This document shows, piece after piece, positions 42,051 through 50,065 of a stretch of DNA of 64,000 bases. Source of the DNA: Myxococcota bacterium (lineage in GTDB: Bacteria; Myxococcota_A; UBA9160; UBA4427). The position numbers and the translations under genes were made by a program. Below the pieces are notes generated by a model. The model did no database searches and was not told where the DNA came from. It saw only the letters and a list, made by a program, of their open reading frames with translations. The stretch is taken from assembly GCA_036336835.1 (NCBI GenBank), contig JAYZFK010000062.1, positions 64,001 to 128,000 on the forward strand, read 5' to 3'. How positions within the stretch are numbered: the stretch's first letter is position 1; each line of letters starts with the position of its first letter.

Positions 42051-43280
42051 TCAAGCCGCCTCCTCGCCGGACTGCTGTTTGCTCCGCGCGAAGCCGTCGT
42101 CGGTGGCAAATCGCGGGAGGGCCGCCCTCATCCTTGCGTCGAAGAACTCGGGTCGGCCGGTGATGTAGTTGGGATACACGGGCAGCCGCTCGACGAGCTT
42201 GTGCCCCGCACCCTCGGTCGCCTCGCGCAGAGCGCGAAGTGCCGGCCAGGGCGCTTCGGGATTGATGAAATCGACCGTCACGGGCGAAACGCCGCCCCAG
42301 TCGTTGAGGCCGGCGCGCAGCAGCTTCGGCAGCACCTCGGGGGCCAAGTTGGGCGGCGCCTGCACGTTTTGCTCGGGGCCGAGAATCAGCCGCGCCAGCG
42401 CCACCCAGCCGATCACGAGATCGTCGGGCAGCGACGACGCGGCGCGCATCTTCGTCCCCGGCTTCGGGTGAAACGGCTGGACGATCACCTCCTGGATGTG
42501 GCCGAGGCGATCGTCGAGCTCGCGGATCGCGAGCAGCGTATCGACGCGCTCGGGATCGTTCTCGCCGATGCCCAGCAACAGGCCAGAGGTGAACGGGATC
42601 CGCAGCTCACCCGCCTCCTCGTGCATGCGGATGCGGACACTGGGCTCCTTGTCGGGGGCGTGCATGTGCGGCATGCCCTTGCCGCACAGCCGCTGGCTCG
42701 TCGTCTCGAGCATCAGCCCCATCGACGCGTTCCACGGTCGCAGCCGCGCCATCTCTTCCTGCGTGAGAATGCCGGCGTTGGTGTGGGGCAGCATCCCCGC
42801 CTCGAAGGCAACCCGGCAGCCCTCGACCAGCAGATCGGTGGTCGACGAATAGCCTCGCTCCGCGAGCTCTTCGCGATACGAGCGGTAGGCGATCTCCGGC
42901 TTGTCGCCGAGGCAGAACAGCGCCTCGATGCAGCCGGTCGCGACCCCGCCCCGCACCACCTCTTCGACCTCCTGGAGCGTATAGGTCTTGGCCTCGGGCG
43001 AATCCGGGAGCTTGGCAAAGGTGCAGTAGCTGCAGCGGTCGCGGCACAGATTGGTGAGCGGGATGAAGACGTTGCGGCTCACCGTCACGACGTCACCGTG
43101 GGCAGCGCGCTTGCTCTCGCTGGCGGCGTCGAGCAGTGCCTCGAGCACCTCTGGACGGGCAAGATTCGCGGCCAGACGCTCGGCCGGGCCCCGCTCGAGG
43201 CGGCCCTCGTCGACCGCGACCGCGGCGATACGACGGGCCTCGCCGCCAGAGAGCGAACTATCGGAGGAAGGGAGGTTCAC
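42051..43280 (-). CDS. cofG: FO synthase subunit 1 (radical SAM)
   Basis: SRNVFIPLTNLCRDRCSYCTF, PHTNAG, SMGLMLE, QAPPNL, DWGGVSPVTVDFINPE. Confidence 0.92.
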   Translation of the reverse strand: MNLPSSDSSLSGGEARRIAAVAVDEGRLERGPAERLAANLARPEVLEALLDAASESKRAAHGDVVTVSRNVFIPLTNLCRDRCSYCTFAKLPDSPEAKTYTLQEVEEVVRGGVATGCIEALFCLGDKPEIAYRSYREELAERGYSSTTDLLVEGCRVAFEAGMLPHTNAGILTQEEMARLRPWNASMGLMLETTSQRLCGKGMPHMHAPDKEPSVRIRMHEEAGELRIPFTSGLLLGIGENDPERVDTLLAIRELDDRLGHIQEVIVQPFHPKPGTKMRAASSLPDDLVIGWVALARLILGPEQNVQAPPNLAPEVLPKLLRAGLNDWGGVSPVTVDFINPEAPWPALRALREATEGAGHKLVERLPVYPNYITGRPEFFDARMRAALPRFATDDGFARSKQQSGEEAA

Positions 43281-43399
43281 GAACGGACCTTCTTGGAAGG
43301 GCTCGCTGCGCAGCCGAGCCCAATGGTAGCGCCACACGGCCCAGTCCTGGTGAAGTGCTTCGGACAAGAAATTCCCGACTCTCTGACTGTGTATTTTGC

Positions 43400-43429
43400 T
43401 TGACGCCACGACCGGGTGCCCGGTATTGT
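43400..43429 (+). promoter_or_regulatory. sigma70-like promoter of the sulfite reductase operon
   Basis: TTGACG-N18-TATTGT, preceded by an AT-rich segment. Confidence 0.5.
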
Positions 43430-43543
43430 CCGCTCTTCGCGTGCCCGATTGCAAACCGCTGTTCTGGCGCGATTCTTCGGGTGTCTCCGCGCAGCAATCT
43501 CGAGGCTCGATCCCCGAGCGCGCCTCCGCAGATGGATGGACCC

Positions 43544-45850
43544 ATGGCAGCCCAAGACGCCTCTCGTTTTACCAGTGCGAGCTGGAAGGACGCCCTCGAC
43601 ACCCGCATGGACGCTGGCTGGGCCGAGGAGATCGATGACTTCGAGAGCCAGATCGAGCTGCGCAAGCAGGGGAAGATCGAGGACAAGGTCTTCGCAGAGA
43701 CGCGGCTTCGCCGCGGCGCGTACGGCCAGCGCTACGACGCCGGCACGCGCCACGACGGTGTCGCGGAGCGGACCGTCGCCTACCCCGACGCACCCACCAA
43801 GGGACCGGACACCATCTGGGATGCCCCTGGCATGCAGCGGATCAAGATTCCCTACGGCGGGACGTCGCCCGAGCAGCTCGAGGTGCTCGCCGATCTCGCC
43901 GAGGAGTACAGCGACAGCATCCTGCACGTCACGACGCGGCAGGACATCCAGCTCCACTTCGTTCACATCGAGGACACGCCGGACCTGATGCGCCGGCTGG
44001 CCGCGGTCGACATCACGACGCGCGAAGCCTGCGGCAATTCGGTTCGCAACGTCACTGCGTGCCCGCTCGCCGGCGTGTGCAAGACCGAGGCGTTCGACGT
44101 CTCGCCGTATGCCGAGGCGCTGATGCGTTTCATGCTCGGCCATCCGGACGTGCAGGACTTTGGCCGCAAGTTCAAGCCCGCCTTCTCGGGCTGCGAGCAC
44201 GAGGCCTGCGGGCTGGTGCAGATGCACGACGCCGGATACGTATCGAGGATCCAGGATGGCAAGCGCGGCTTCAAGGTGGTCGTCGGTGGCGGGCTGGGTA
44301 CCGTGCCCCACCAGGCCAAGGTGCTGTCCGAGTTCACCCCCGAGGATGAGCTACTGAGAGAGACGCAGGCTGTTGCGCGCGTATTCGCACGGCTCGGTGA
44401 GAAGAAGAACCGCAACCGCGCTCGCATCAAGTTTCTGGTGGCGAACCTGGGGATCGAGGAGTTCAGGCGACTGGTCGCCGAGGAGAAGGAGACGATCCCC
44501 CACGATCCGCGCCACACCGCCTTCCTCGAGGAGATGAAGCAACGCGCCAGCGACCCCGTGAAGCAGCCGAGCGAGCTCTCGGCACGCGAACACCCCGATG
44601 GCTTTGCAGAGTGGCTCGCGACCAATGTGACGGACCAGCGCCAGGATGGCTATGCCGTCGTGACGCTGAACCTGCCGCTGGGCGATTTCACCTCTGAGCA
44701 GGCTCGCGCGCTGGCGGATCTCTCCCGCAAGTACGTTGGCGACAACTTGCGCACCACGGTCGAGCAGAACGCAGTGCTGCGCTACGTCGCGAAGGGAGAT
44801 CTTCTGGACGTGTACCAGGATCTGCTCGCGATCGGGCTCGCTGCTCCGGGAGCCTCGACCATCGTGGACGTTACCTCGTGCCCCGGCACCGACACCTGCA
44901 AGCTCGGGATTGCAGCCTCGCGCGGCGTGGGTGCCGTACTGCGCAAGCAGCTTGCAGAGAAGAGCGCCCGGCTCGAAGACAGCGTCAAGGGACTGCACAT
45001 CAAGGTGAGCGGCTGCTTCAACAGCTGCGGACAGCACCACATTAGCGACATCGGCTTCTACGGAAACTCGCGCAAGGCCGACGGCCGCACTGTTCCGCAC
45101 TTCCAGGTCGTTCTCGGCGGTCAGTGGAGCGAGAACGGGGGTGCCTACGGTATGGCGGTCGGCTCCGTACCGAGCAAAGTAGTGCCCGACGTCGTCGAGG
45201 CTCTGACCGAGCGCTATGTACAGGAACGCGAGGCCGCAGAGCAGTTCGGCACCTGGGTGGCTCGCGTCGGCAAGCGCGATATCCGCCGGTTCCTCGGTCC
45301 GTTCATGAAGATTCCCGCCTACGCCGACGATCCGAGCTACTACAGCGATTGGGCCGACGTCCGCGAGTTCACGATCGGCGACCTCGGCGTCGGTGAGTGC
45401 GCAGGCGAGGTCGTATCGCTCTTCGGAATCGAGGTCGTACGTGCCGAGTCGCAGGCCTTCGACGCGCAGTGCGCGCTCGACGAGGGCGAGTTCAGCACGG
45501 CCGACGAGCTCGCATACCATGCGATGCTGTCCGCGGCGCGCGCACTCGTGCGCACCGAATACATCGACGTGACCCACGCTCCCGACGACATCGTGATGCA
45601 ATGGAGGGAGCGTTTCTTCGACACGGAGATTTTCTTCGACAGATACGCGAAGGGGAAGTTCGGTCAGTACCTGATCGATCGACACGAGAACCCCGTGACG
45701 GACGTCGATCGCGATTACGCGGCCGCTCGCGTCGAGGAATCGCAGCTGTTCATCGAGGCTTGCCACGCCGCAGAGACGCGGTTGGCGGCGCTACAGGCGA
45801 TCGGCGCGGGTGGCGAGGACTCGCCGGTGGAGCTGAGGAAACCGCAGTGA
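43544..45850 (+). CDS. Ferredoxin-type sulfite/nitrite reductase (siroheme, 4Fe-4S) with a C-terminal HEPN-like extension
   Basis: HVTTRQDIQ, RKFK, CPGTDTC and SGCFNSC ligands; extra ~130 aa containing AYHAMLSAARAL. Operon context with cysK favours sulfite. Confidence 0.88.
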   Translation: MAAQDASRFTSASWKDALDTRMDAGWAEEIDDFESQIELRKQGKIEDKVFAETRLRRGAYGQRYDAGTRHDGVAERTVAYPDAPTKGPDTIWDAPGMQRIKIPYGGTSPEQLEVLADLAEEYSDSILHVTTRQDIQLHFVHIEDTPDLMRRLAAVDITTREACGNSVRNVTACPLAGVCKTEAFDVSPYAEALMRFMLGHPDVQDFGRKFKPAFSGCEHEACGLVQMHDAGYVSRIQDGKRGFKVVVGGGLGTVPHQAKVLSEFTPEDELLRETQAVARVFARLGEKKNRNRARIKFLVANLGIEEFRRLVAEEKETIPHDPRHTAFLEEMKQRASDPVKQPSELSAREHPDGFAEWLATNVTDQRQDGYAVVTLNLPLGDFTSEQARALADLSRKYVGDNLRTTVEQNAVLRYVAKGDLLDVYQDLLAIGLAAPGASTIVDVTSCPGTDTCKLGIAASRGVGAVLRKQLAEKSARLEDSVKGLHIKVSGCFNSCGQHHISDIGFYGNSRKADGRTVPHFQVVLGGQWSENGGAYGMAVGSVPSKVVPDVVEALTERYVQEREAAEQFGTWVARVGKRDIRRFLGPFMKIPAYADDPSYYSDWADVREFTIGDLGVGECAGEVVSLFGIEVVRAESQAFDAQCALDEGEFSTADELAYHAMLSAARALVRTEYIDVTHAPDDIVMQWRERFFDTEIFFDRYAKGKFGQYLIDRHENPVTDVDRDYAAARVEESQLFIEACHAAETRLAALQAIGAGGEDSPVELRKPQ

Positions 45851-46425
45851 CCCCCCAACGCATTGCGATCAAGCTTTTCGTCGAGCCCGACCCCTCAGCA
45901 GAGATCGACCTCGAGCCGTTCACCCCGCTATTCCACGAGTTCATCCAGAAGGCGAGCGTGCCCGGGCTGCTGGTCGACGTTGCGGACTACGCGCACGTAC
46001 CCAACGGGCCCGGAATCATCCTGATCGGACACGAGGTGGACTACGGGATCGACTCGGTCGCGGGGCGTACCGGGCTGCTGACCGTGCGCAAGCGCTACCC
46101 CGAGAGCCCACTCGCCGAGGTCTTGCGCGACACGCTCGCGAAGGGCTTCGCCTGCGCGAAGGCGATCGAGGATGATGGCCGGACCGGAGTCCGTTTTTCG
46201 GCCGCGCTCGTCGAGCTGCAGATCTTCGACCGCCTGGTGGCACCCAACGACGCCGAGACCTTCGAAGCGGCGCGCAGCGAGGTAGAGCCCGTGTTCGCCG
46301 AGGTGTACGACGAATTCAGCATCGAGCGGGCGGGCGACGACGACGCGCGCAAACCCGCATCGCTCGTGGCTCGCACCACCGACGACGCGCACTTTTCTGA
46401 CCTGCTCGCAAAGCTGGGGAGCTGA
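45847..46425 (+). CDS. Hypothetical protein translationally coupled to the sulfite reductase
   Basis: GTGA overlap; VDVADYAHVPNGPGIILIGHEVDY segment; typical codon usage. Confidence 0.75.
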   Translation: MTPQRIAIKLFVEPDPSAEIDLEPFTPLFHEFIQKASVPGLLVDVADYAHVPNGPGIILIGHEVDYGIDSVAGRTGLLTVRKRYPESPLAEVLRDTLAKGFACAKAIEDDGRTGVRFSAALVELQIFDRLVAPNDAETFEAARSEVEPVFAEVYDEFSIERAGDDDARKPASLVARTTDDAHFSDLLAKLGS

Positions 46426-46427
46426 AC

Positions 46428-46760
46428 GTGGCGGACAGACAGAGCGACTGGGATATCGGTGTCGAGGACCTGAAGCAGCTGCGCGATGCGGGCGATGACT
46501 TCTTCCTTCTCGACGTCCGTGAGCCGCATGAAGTCGAGCGGGCAACGCTGGGCGGGACCAACATTCCACTTGCGGGGGTCGCAGCGGCTCTCGACGATAT
46601 CCCGAAGGATCGGAAGATCGTCGTGCACTGCAAGCTGGGCGGTCGCAGCGCCAAGGCCGTCACGGCACTCCGCCAACTCGGCTACGACGACGTCTGGAAC
46701 GTGCAAGGCGGCATCCAAGCCTGGTCGGAGCGAATCGACTCGAGCCTTCCGACCTACTAG
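46428..46760 (+). CDS. Single-domain rhodanese (MoeZ C-terminal-like)
   Basis: LLDVREPHE, HCKLGGRS, GGIQAW...PTY. Confidence 0.88.
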   Translation: MADRQSDWDIGVEDLKQLRDAGDDFFLLDVREPHEVERATLGGTNIPLAGVAAALDDIPKDRKIVVHCKLGGRSAKAVTALRQLGYDDVWNVQGGIQAWSERIDSSLPTY

Positions 46761-46761
46761 G

Positions 46762-47355
46762 GTGGGCGAAGATCGACTACGAGACGCGCTCGATGCGATC
46801 GACGCGCGCAATCAGGGCGATCCGAACCAGATCTTCGTTCGCGGCGCCACGCGGCCAAAAGAGCTCGCCCATGCCGAGTTGGCGACCGAGTGGGTCGAAC
46901 GCCTGGTCGAGGACCCTTCGGACGAGCTGCGACTCGCGGCGCGATCCCACCACTTGCGGCGCTGGGCCATATCTCGTTCCGAGTACCCCGCCGGACGCGG
47001 GGGATACCACCGATGGCGCAAGGCCTTGCAGCGGCTCCACGCCGATGAGGTCGGCGCCATCCTCGAAAACGAAGGCTACGCGGAGCCGACCGTGGCGCGC
47101 GTGCGCGCGCTGGTCCGCAAGCAGGGCCTCGAACGCGGCGACGACCCCGAGGTCCAGGCGCTCGAGGATGCGCTGTGTCTGGTGTTCCTCGAGACCCAGC
47201 TCGCCTCCACCGCGGCCAAGCTCGGGGACCCCGAGAAGACGGTCGATGTCTTGCGCAAGACGGCGCACAAGATGAGCGCGCGCGCGCTCGAGCTGGCGGG
47301 TGAGCTCCCGCTCAGCGAGGCCGAACGAGCCCTGCTCGAGCGCGCCCTGAGGTAG
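46762..47355 (+). CDS. DUF4202-like protein
   Basis: ID..N..DP, LAARSHHLRRW.I.RSEYP.GR.GY..WR, Q.LEDALCLVFL, KMS. Confidence 0.8.
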   Translation: MGEDRLRDALDAIDARNQGDPNQIFVRGATRPKELAHAELATEWVERLVEDPSDELRLAARSHHLRRWAISRSEYPAGRGGYHRWRKALQRLHADEVGAILENEGYAEPTVARVRALVRKQGLERGDDPEVQALEDALCLVFLETQLASTAAKLGDPEKTVDVLRKTAHKMSARALELAGELPLSEAERALLERALR

Positions 47356-47388
47356 ACTGCGGCCGCACCATCATCAGGAGGATCCCCC

Positions 47389-48021
47389 ATGGCGCTTCGA
47401 CTCGGCGACGAGGCTCCGAACTTCACCGCAGACAGCACCGAGGGAACGATCTCGTTCCACGATTTCATCGAGGACTCGTGGGTAGTGCTGTTCTCGCACC
47501 CGAAGGACTACACGCCCGTGTGCACGACCGAGCTGGGCGAGGTCGCGCGACTGAAGGGCGAGTTCGACCGGCGCGGCGTCAAGGTGCTCGGCCTGTCGGT
47601 CGACTCGGTGAGTGATCACCAGGGCTGGGCGAAGGACATCGAGGAGACGCAGGGGCACGCGTTGAACTTCCCGCTGCTCGCCGATCCCGACCGCAAGGTC
47701 AGCGATCTCTACGGGATGATCCACCCGAACGCGAACGATACGCTGACGGTGCGATCGGTGTTCGTGATCGGGCCGGACAAGAAGCTCAAGCTTTCGATTA
47801 CGTACCCAGCGAGCACCGGTCGCAACTTCGAAGAGATCCTGCGCGTGATCGACTCGCTGCAGCTCACGGCGAGCCACCAGGTTGCCACCCCGGTGAACTG
47901 GAACGAAGGCGACGATGTCATCATCGTCCCAGCTCTCTCCGACGAGGAAGCCAAGAGCAAGTTCCCCGACGGCTGGGACACCGTGAAATCCTACCTCCGA
48001 GTCGTGAAGCAGCCCCGCTGA
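47389..48021 (+). CDS. 1-Cys peroxiredoxin (Prx6)
   Basis: SHPKDYTPVCTTE, GRNFEEILRVIDSLQ, TPVNW. Confidence 0.93.
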   Translation: MALRLGDEAPNFTADSTEGTISFHDFIEDSWVVLFSHPKDYTPVCTTELGEVARLKGEFDRRGVKVLGLSVDSVSDHQGWAKDIEETQGHALNFPLLADPDRKVSDLYGMIHPNANDTLTVRSVFVIGPDKKLKLSITYPASTGRNFEEILRVIDSLQLTASHQVATPVNWNEGDDVIIVPALSDEEAKSKFPDGWDTVKSYLRVVKQPR

Positions 48022-48042
48022 TCTGTAGTCGGAGTTGGTGAT

Positions 48043-49044
48043 TTGAAGATTCGCGATGGATTCTCCGAGGCGATCGGCAACACGCCGCTGATCAGGCTTC
48101 GCAAGCTGTCCGAGCGGACGGGGTGCGAGATCCTGGGGAAGGCGGAGTTCCTGAATCCGGGGGGCTCGGTCAAGGATCGAGCGGCGCTGTACATGATCCT
48201 CGACGCCGAGGAGCGAGGGGATCTGAAGCCCGGCGGCGTGGTGGTCGAGGGCACGGCCGGCAACACCGGGATCGGGCTCGCGCTCGTCGGCAACGCGCGC
48301 GGCTATCGCACCGTGATCCTGATGCCCGACACACAGAGCCAGGAGAAGAAGGACATGCTGCGCCTGTGCGGTGCGGAAGTGCGCGAGGTTCCAGCGGTTC
48401 CCTTCAAGAATCCAAACCACTACGTGCACCAGGCCGAGCGAACCGCCAAGCAGCTAGCCGAGACCGCGGACGGCGGCGTGCTCTACGCCAACCAGTGGGA
48501 CAATCTCGCCAACCGCGAGGGCCACATGAAGAGCACCGCCCCCGAAATCTGGGAGCAGACCGATGGCAAGATCGATGGCTTCGTCTCGGCGATCGGAACA
48601 GGGGGCACGCTCTCCGGGGTCGGGTTGTACCTGAAGGACCGCGCCCCCGGAATCAAGATCGCGCTCGCCGACCCCAAGGGCGCGTGCATGTACGAGTATT
48701 TCGAGAACGGCGAGCTCAAGGCGAGCGAGGGCAATTCGATCAGCGAGGGCATCGGCCAGGGCCGCGTCACCGGCAACGTCGACGGCACGCCTGTCGACTT
48801 TCCGTTCTCGATACCGGACGACGAGGCCCTGCCGCTGGTGTTCGATCTGCTGAAGGAAGAGGGGCTGTGCCTGGGGGGCTCGACCGCGATCAACGTCGCG
48901 GGCGCCGTCCGGCTCGCAAACGAACTCGGCCCCGGCCACACGATCGTCACCCTGCTGGCCGATAGTGGGCAGCGCTATCAGAGCAAGCTCTTCAATCCAG
49001 CCTTCCTCCGCGAGAAGGGACTGCCGACGCCGAGCTGGCTCTAG
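48043..49044 (+). CDS. cysK: Cysteine synthase (O-acetylserine sulfhydrylase family)
   Basis: IGNTPL, NPGGSVKDR, TAGNTG, GTGGT, EGIG. Confidence 0.88.
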   Translation: MKIRDGFSEAIGNTPLIRLRKLSERTGCEILGKAEFLNPGGSVKDRAALYMILDAEERGDLKPGGVVVEGTAGNTGIGLALVGNARGYRTVILMPDTQSQEKKDMLRLCGAEVREVPAVPFKNPNHYVHQAERTAKQLAETADGGVLYANQWDNLANREGHMKSTAPEIWEQTDGKIDGFVSAIGTGGTLSGVGLYLKDRAPGIKIALADPKGACMYEYFENGELKASEGNSISEGIGQGRVTGNVDGTPVDFPFSIPDDEALPLVFDLLKEEGLCLGGSTAINVAGAVRLANELGPGHTIVTLLADSGQRYQSKLFNPAFLREKGLPTPSWL

Positions 49045-49062
49045 ACGCGCAGCCAGCTCGTC

Positions 49063-50058
49063 TCAACCGCGCCGGCCGCGTCGTGCCGCGTGACGAAGTC
49101 GGCGCCATACGCCGTGCCGGTCGGGGTACAGGCCGAGTTCTCCGACCGGCCGCGTACGGAAGCGACGGTGCGCCCACATCCACTGGCCGGGATCGGCCCG
49201 TACTACGTCTTCGATCGCTCGGTTCATCGACGCCACGTTCTGCGCCAAGACCCTGGCAGAGTCGTTCCGGTCCTTCGGTTCGGGCAATAGATCGAGCGGC
49301 GCATGGATGCGACCGACGTGCTCGCCGCTCGCGCCGACCCGATGGATGAAGGCTGGAAGCACGGGCACGCCAAGCCGCGCGGCAAGTCGCGCCGGACCGA
49401 AGCGCGTGCTGGCCGGGACTCCGAAGAAAGGCGCGAATACACCCTCGCCGGGCCGCGCGTTCTGATCGGTCAGCATCATCACCAGACGGCCCCGACGCAG
49501 CGCCCGCAACGCACCGATGCCGGCCCGGCCGAGGGCAATGACCTCCTGACCGGACCCTTCACGCCAGCCGGCAATCAGCTCATCGAGATGTTCGTCGCCG
49601 CGCGCACGGTGAACGCTCGTCATCGGATAGCCGAGGCTCGCGAAGACCGCTCCGCCGAGCTCCCAGGAGCCGAAGTGCGCCGTCAGCATGAAGGCTCCTC
49701 CGTGCTCGGACGCTGCGCGCGCAGCCTCGAGGTGCTCGAGCCCTTCGACCGTCACGCCCTCGAGAAGTGCTTCGCGATGGCAACCGTGCAGCAGCACGAC
49801 CTCGGCAAGACTGCGTCCGAGATTCTCGAAGCTTCCGAGCAAGGTGGTCCGACGCCACGCCGCATCGCTTTCGGGAAAGCACAGCTCGAGGTTGATCCGC
49901 GCTACGTCGACCCGAGGACCGTCCACCAGCACCCATGCGCGCCCAAGCGCCGCACCTGCGCGAAGGGCGCGCTCGGGGTCGCGGTTCCTGGCTGCGGCGA
50001 TCACCGCGCGAGCGAGCGACGCGACGAATCCTCTGCGCGGCGTCTCGGCGGCATTCAC
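49063..50058 (-). CDS. LpxL/HtrB-family (lipid A late/lysophospholipid) acyltransferase
   Basis: TAHFGSWE, LTDQN, PFFG, PGQWMWAHRRFRT. Confidence 0.85.
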   Translation of the reverse strand: MNAAETPRRGFVASLARAVIAAARNRDPERALRAGAALGRAWVLVDGPRVDVARINLELCFPESDAAWRRTTLLGSFENLGRSLAEVVLLHGCHREALLEGVTVEGLEHLEAARAASEHGGAFMLTAHFGSWELGGAVFASLGYPMTSVHRARGDEHLDELIAGWREGSGQEVIALGRAGIGALRALRRGRLVMMLTDQNARPGEGVFAPFFGVPASTRFGPARLAARLGVPVLPAFIHRVGASGEHVGRIHAPLDLLPEPKDRNDSARVLAQNVASMNRAIEDVVRADPGQWMWAHRRFRTRPVGELGLYPDRHGVWRRLRHAARRGRRG

Positions 50059-50065
50059 GAGACAA

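Noticed and set aside
43369..43396. Rrf2/IscR-like operator upstream of sir (ATTCCCGACT...)
   Set aside because: Only the left half resembles the consensus; the palindrome is too weak to call.
43136..43543. Long N-terminal extensions given by the ORF track (sir, and likewise cofG, fabG, FIST, aminotransferase, BVMO)
   Set aside because: They overlap neighbouring genes or promoters and precede the family-typical N-termini; starts were trimmed.
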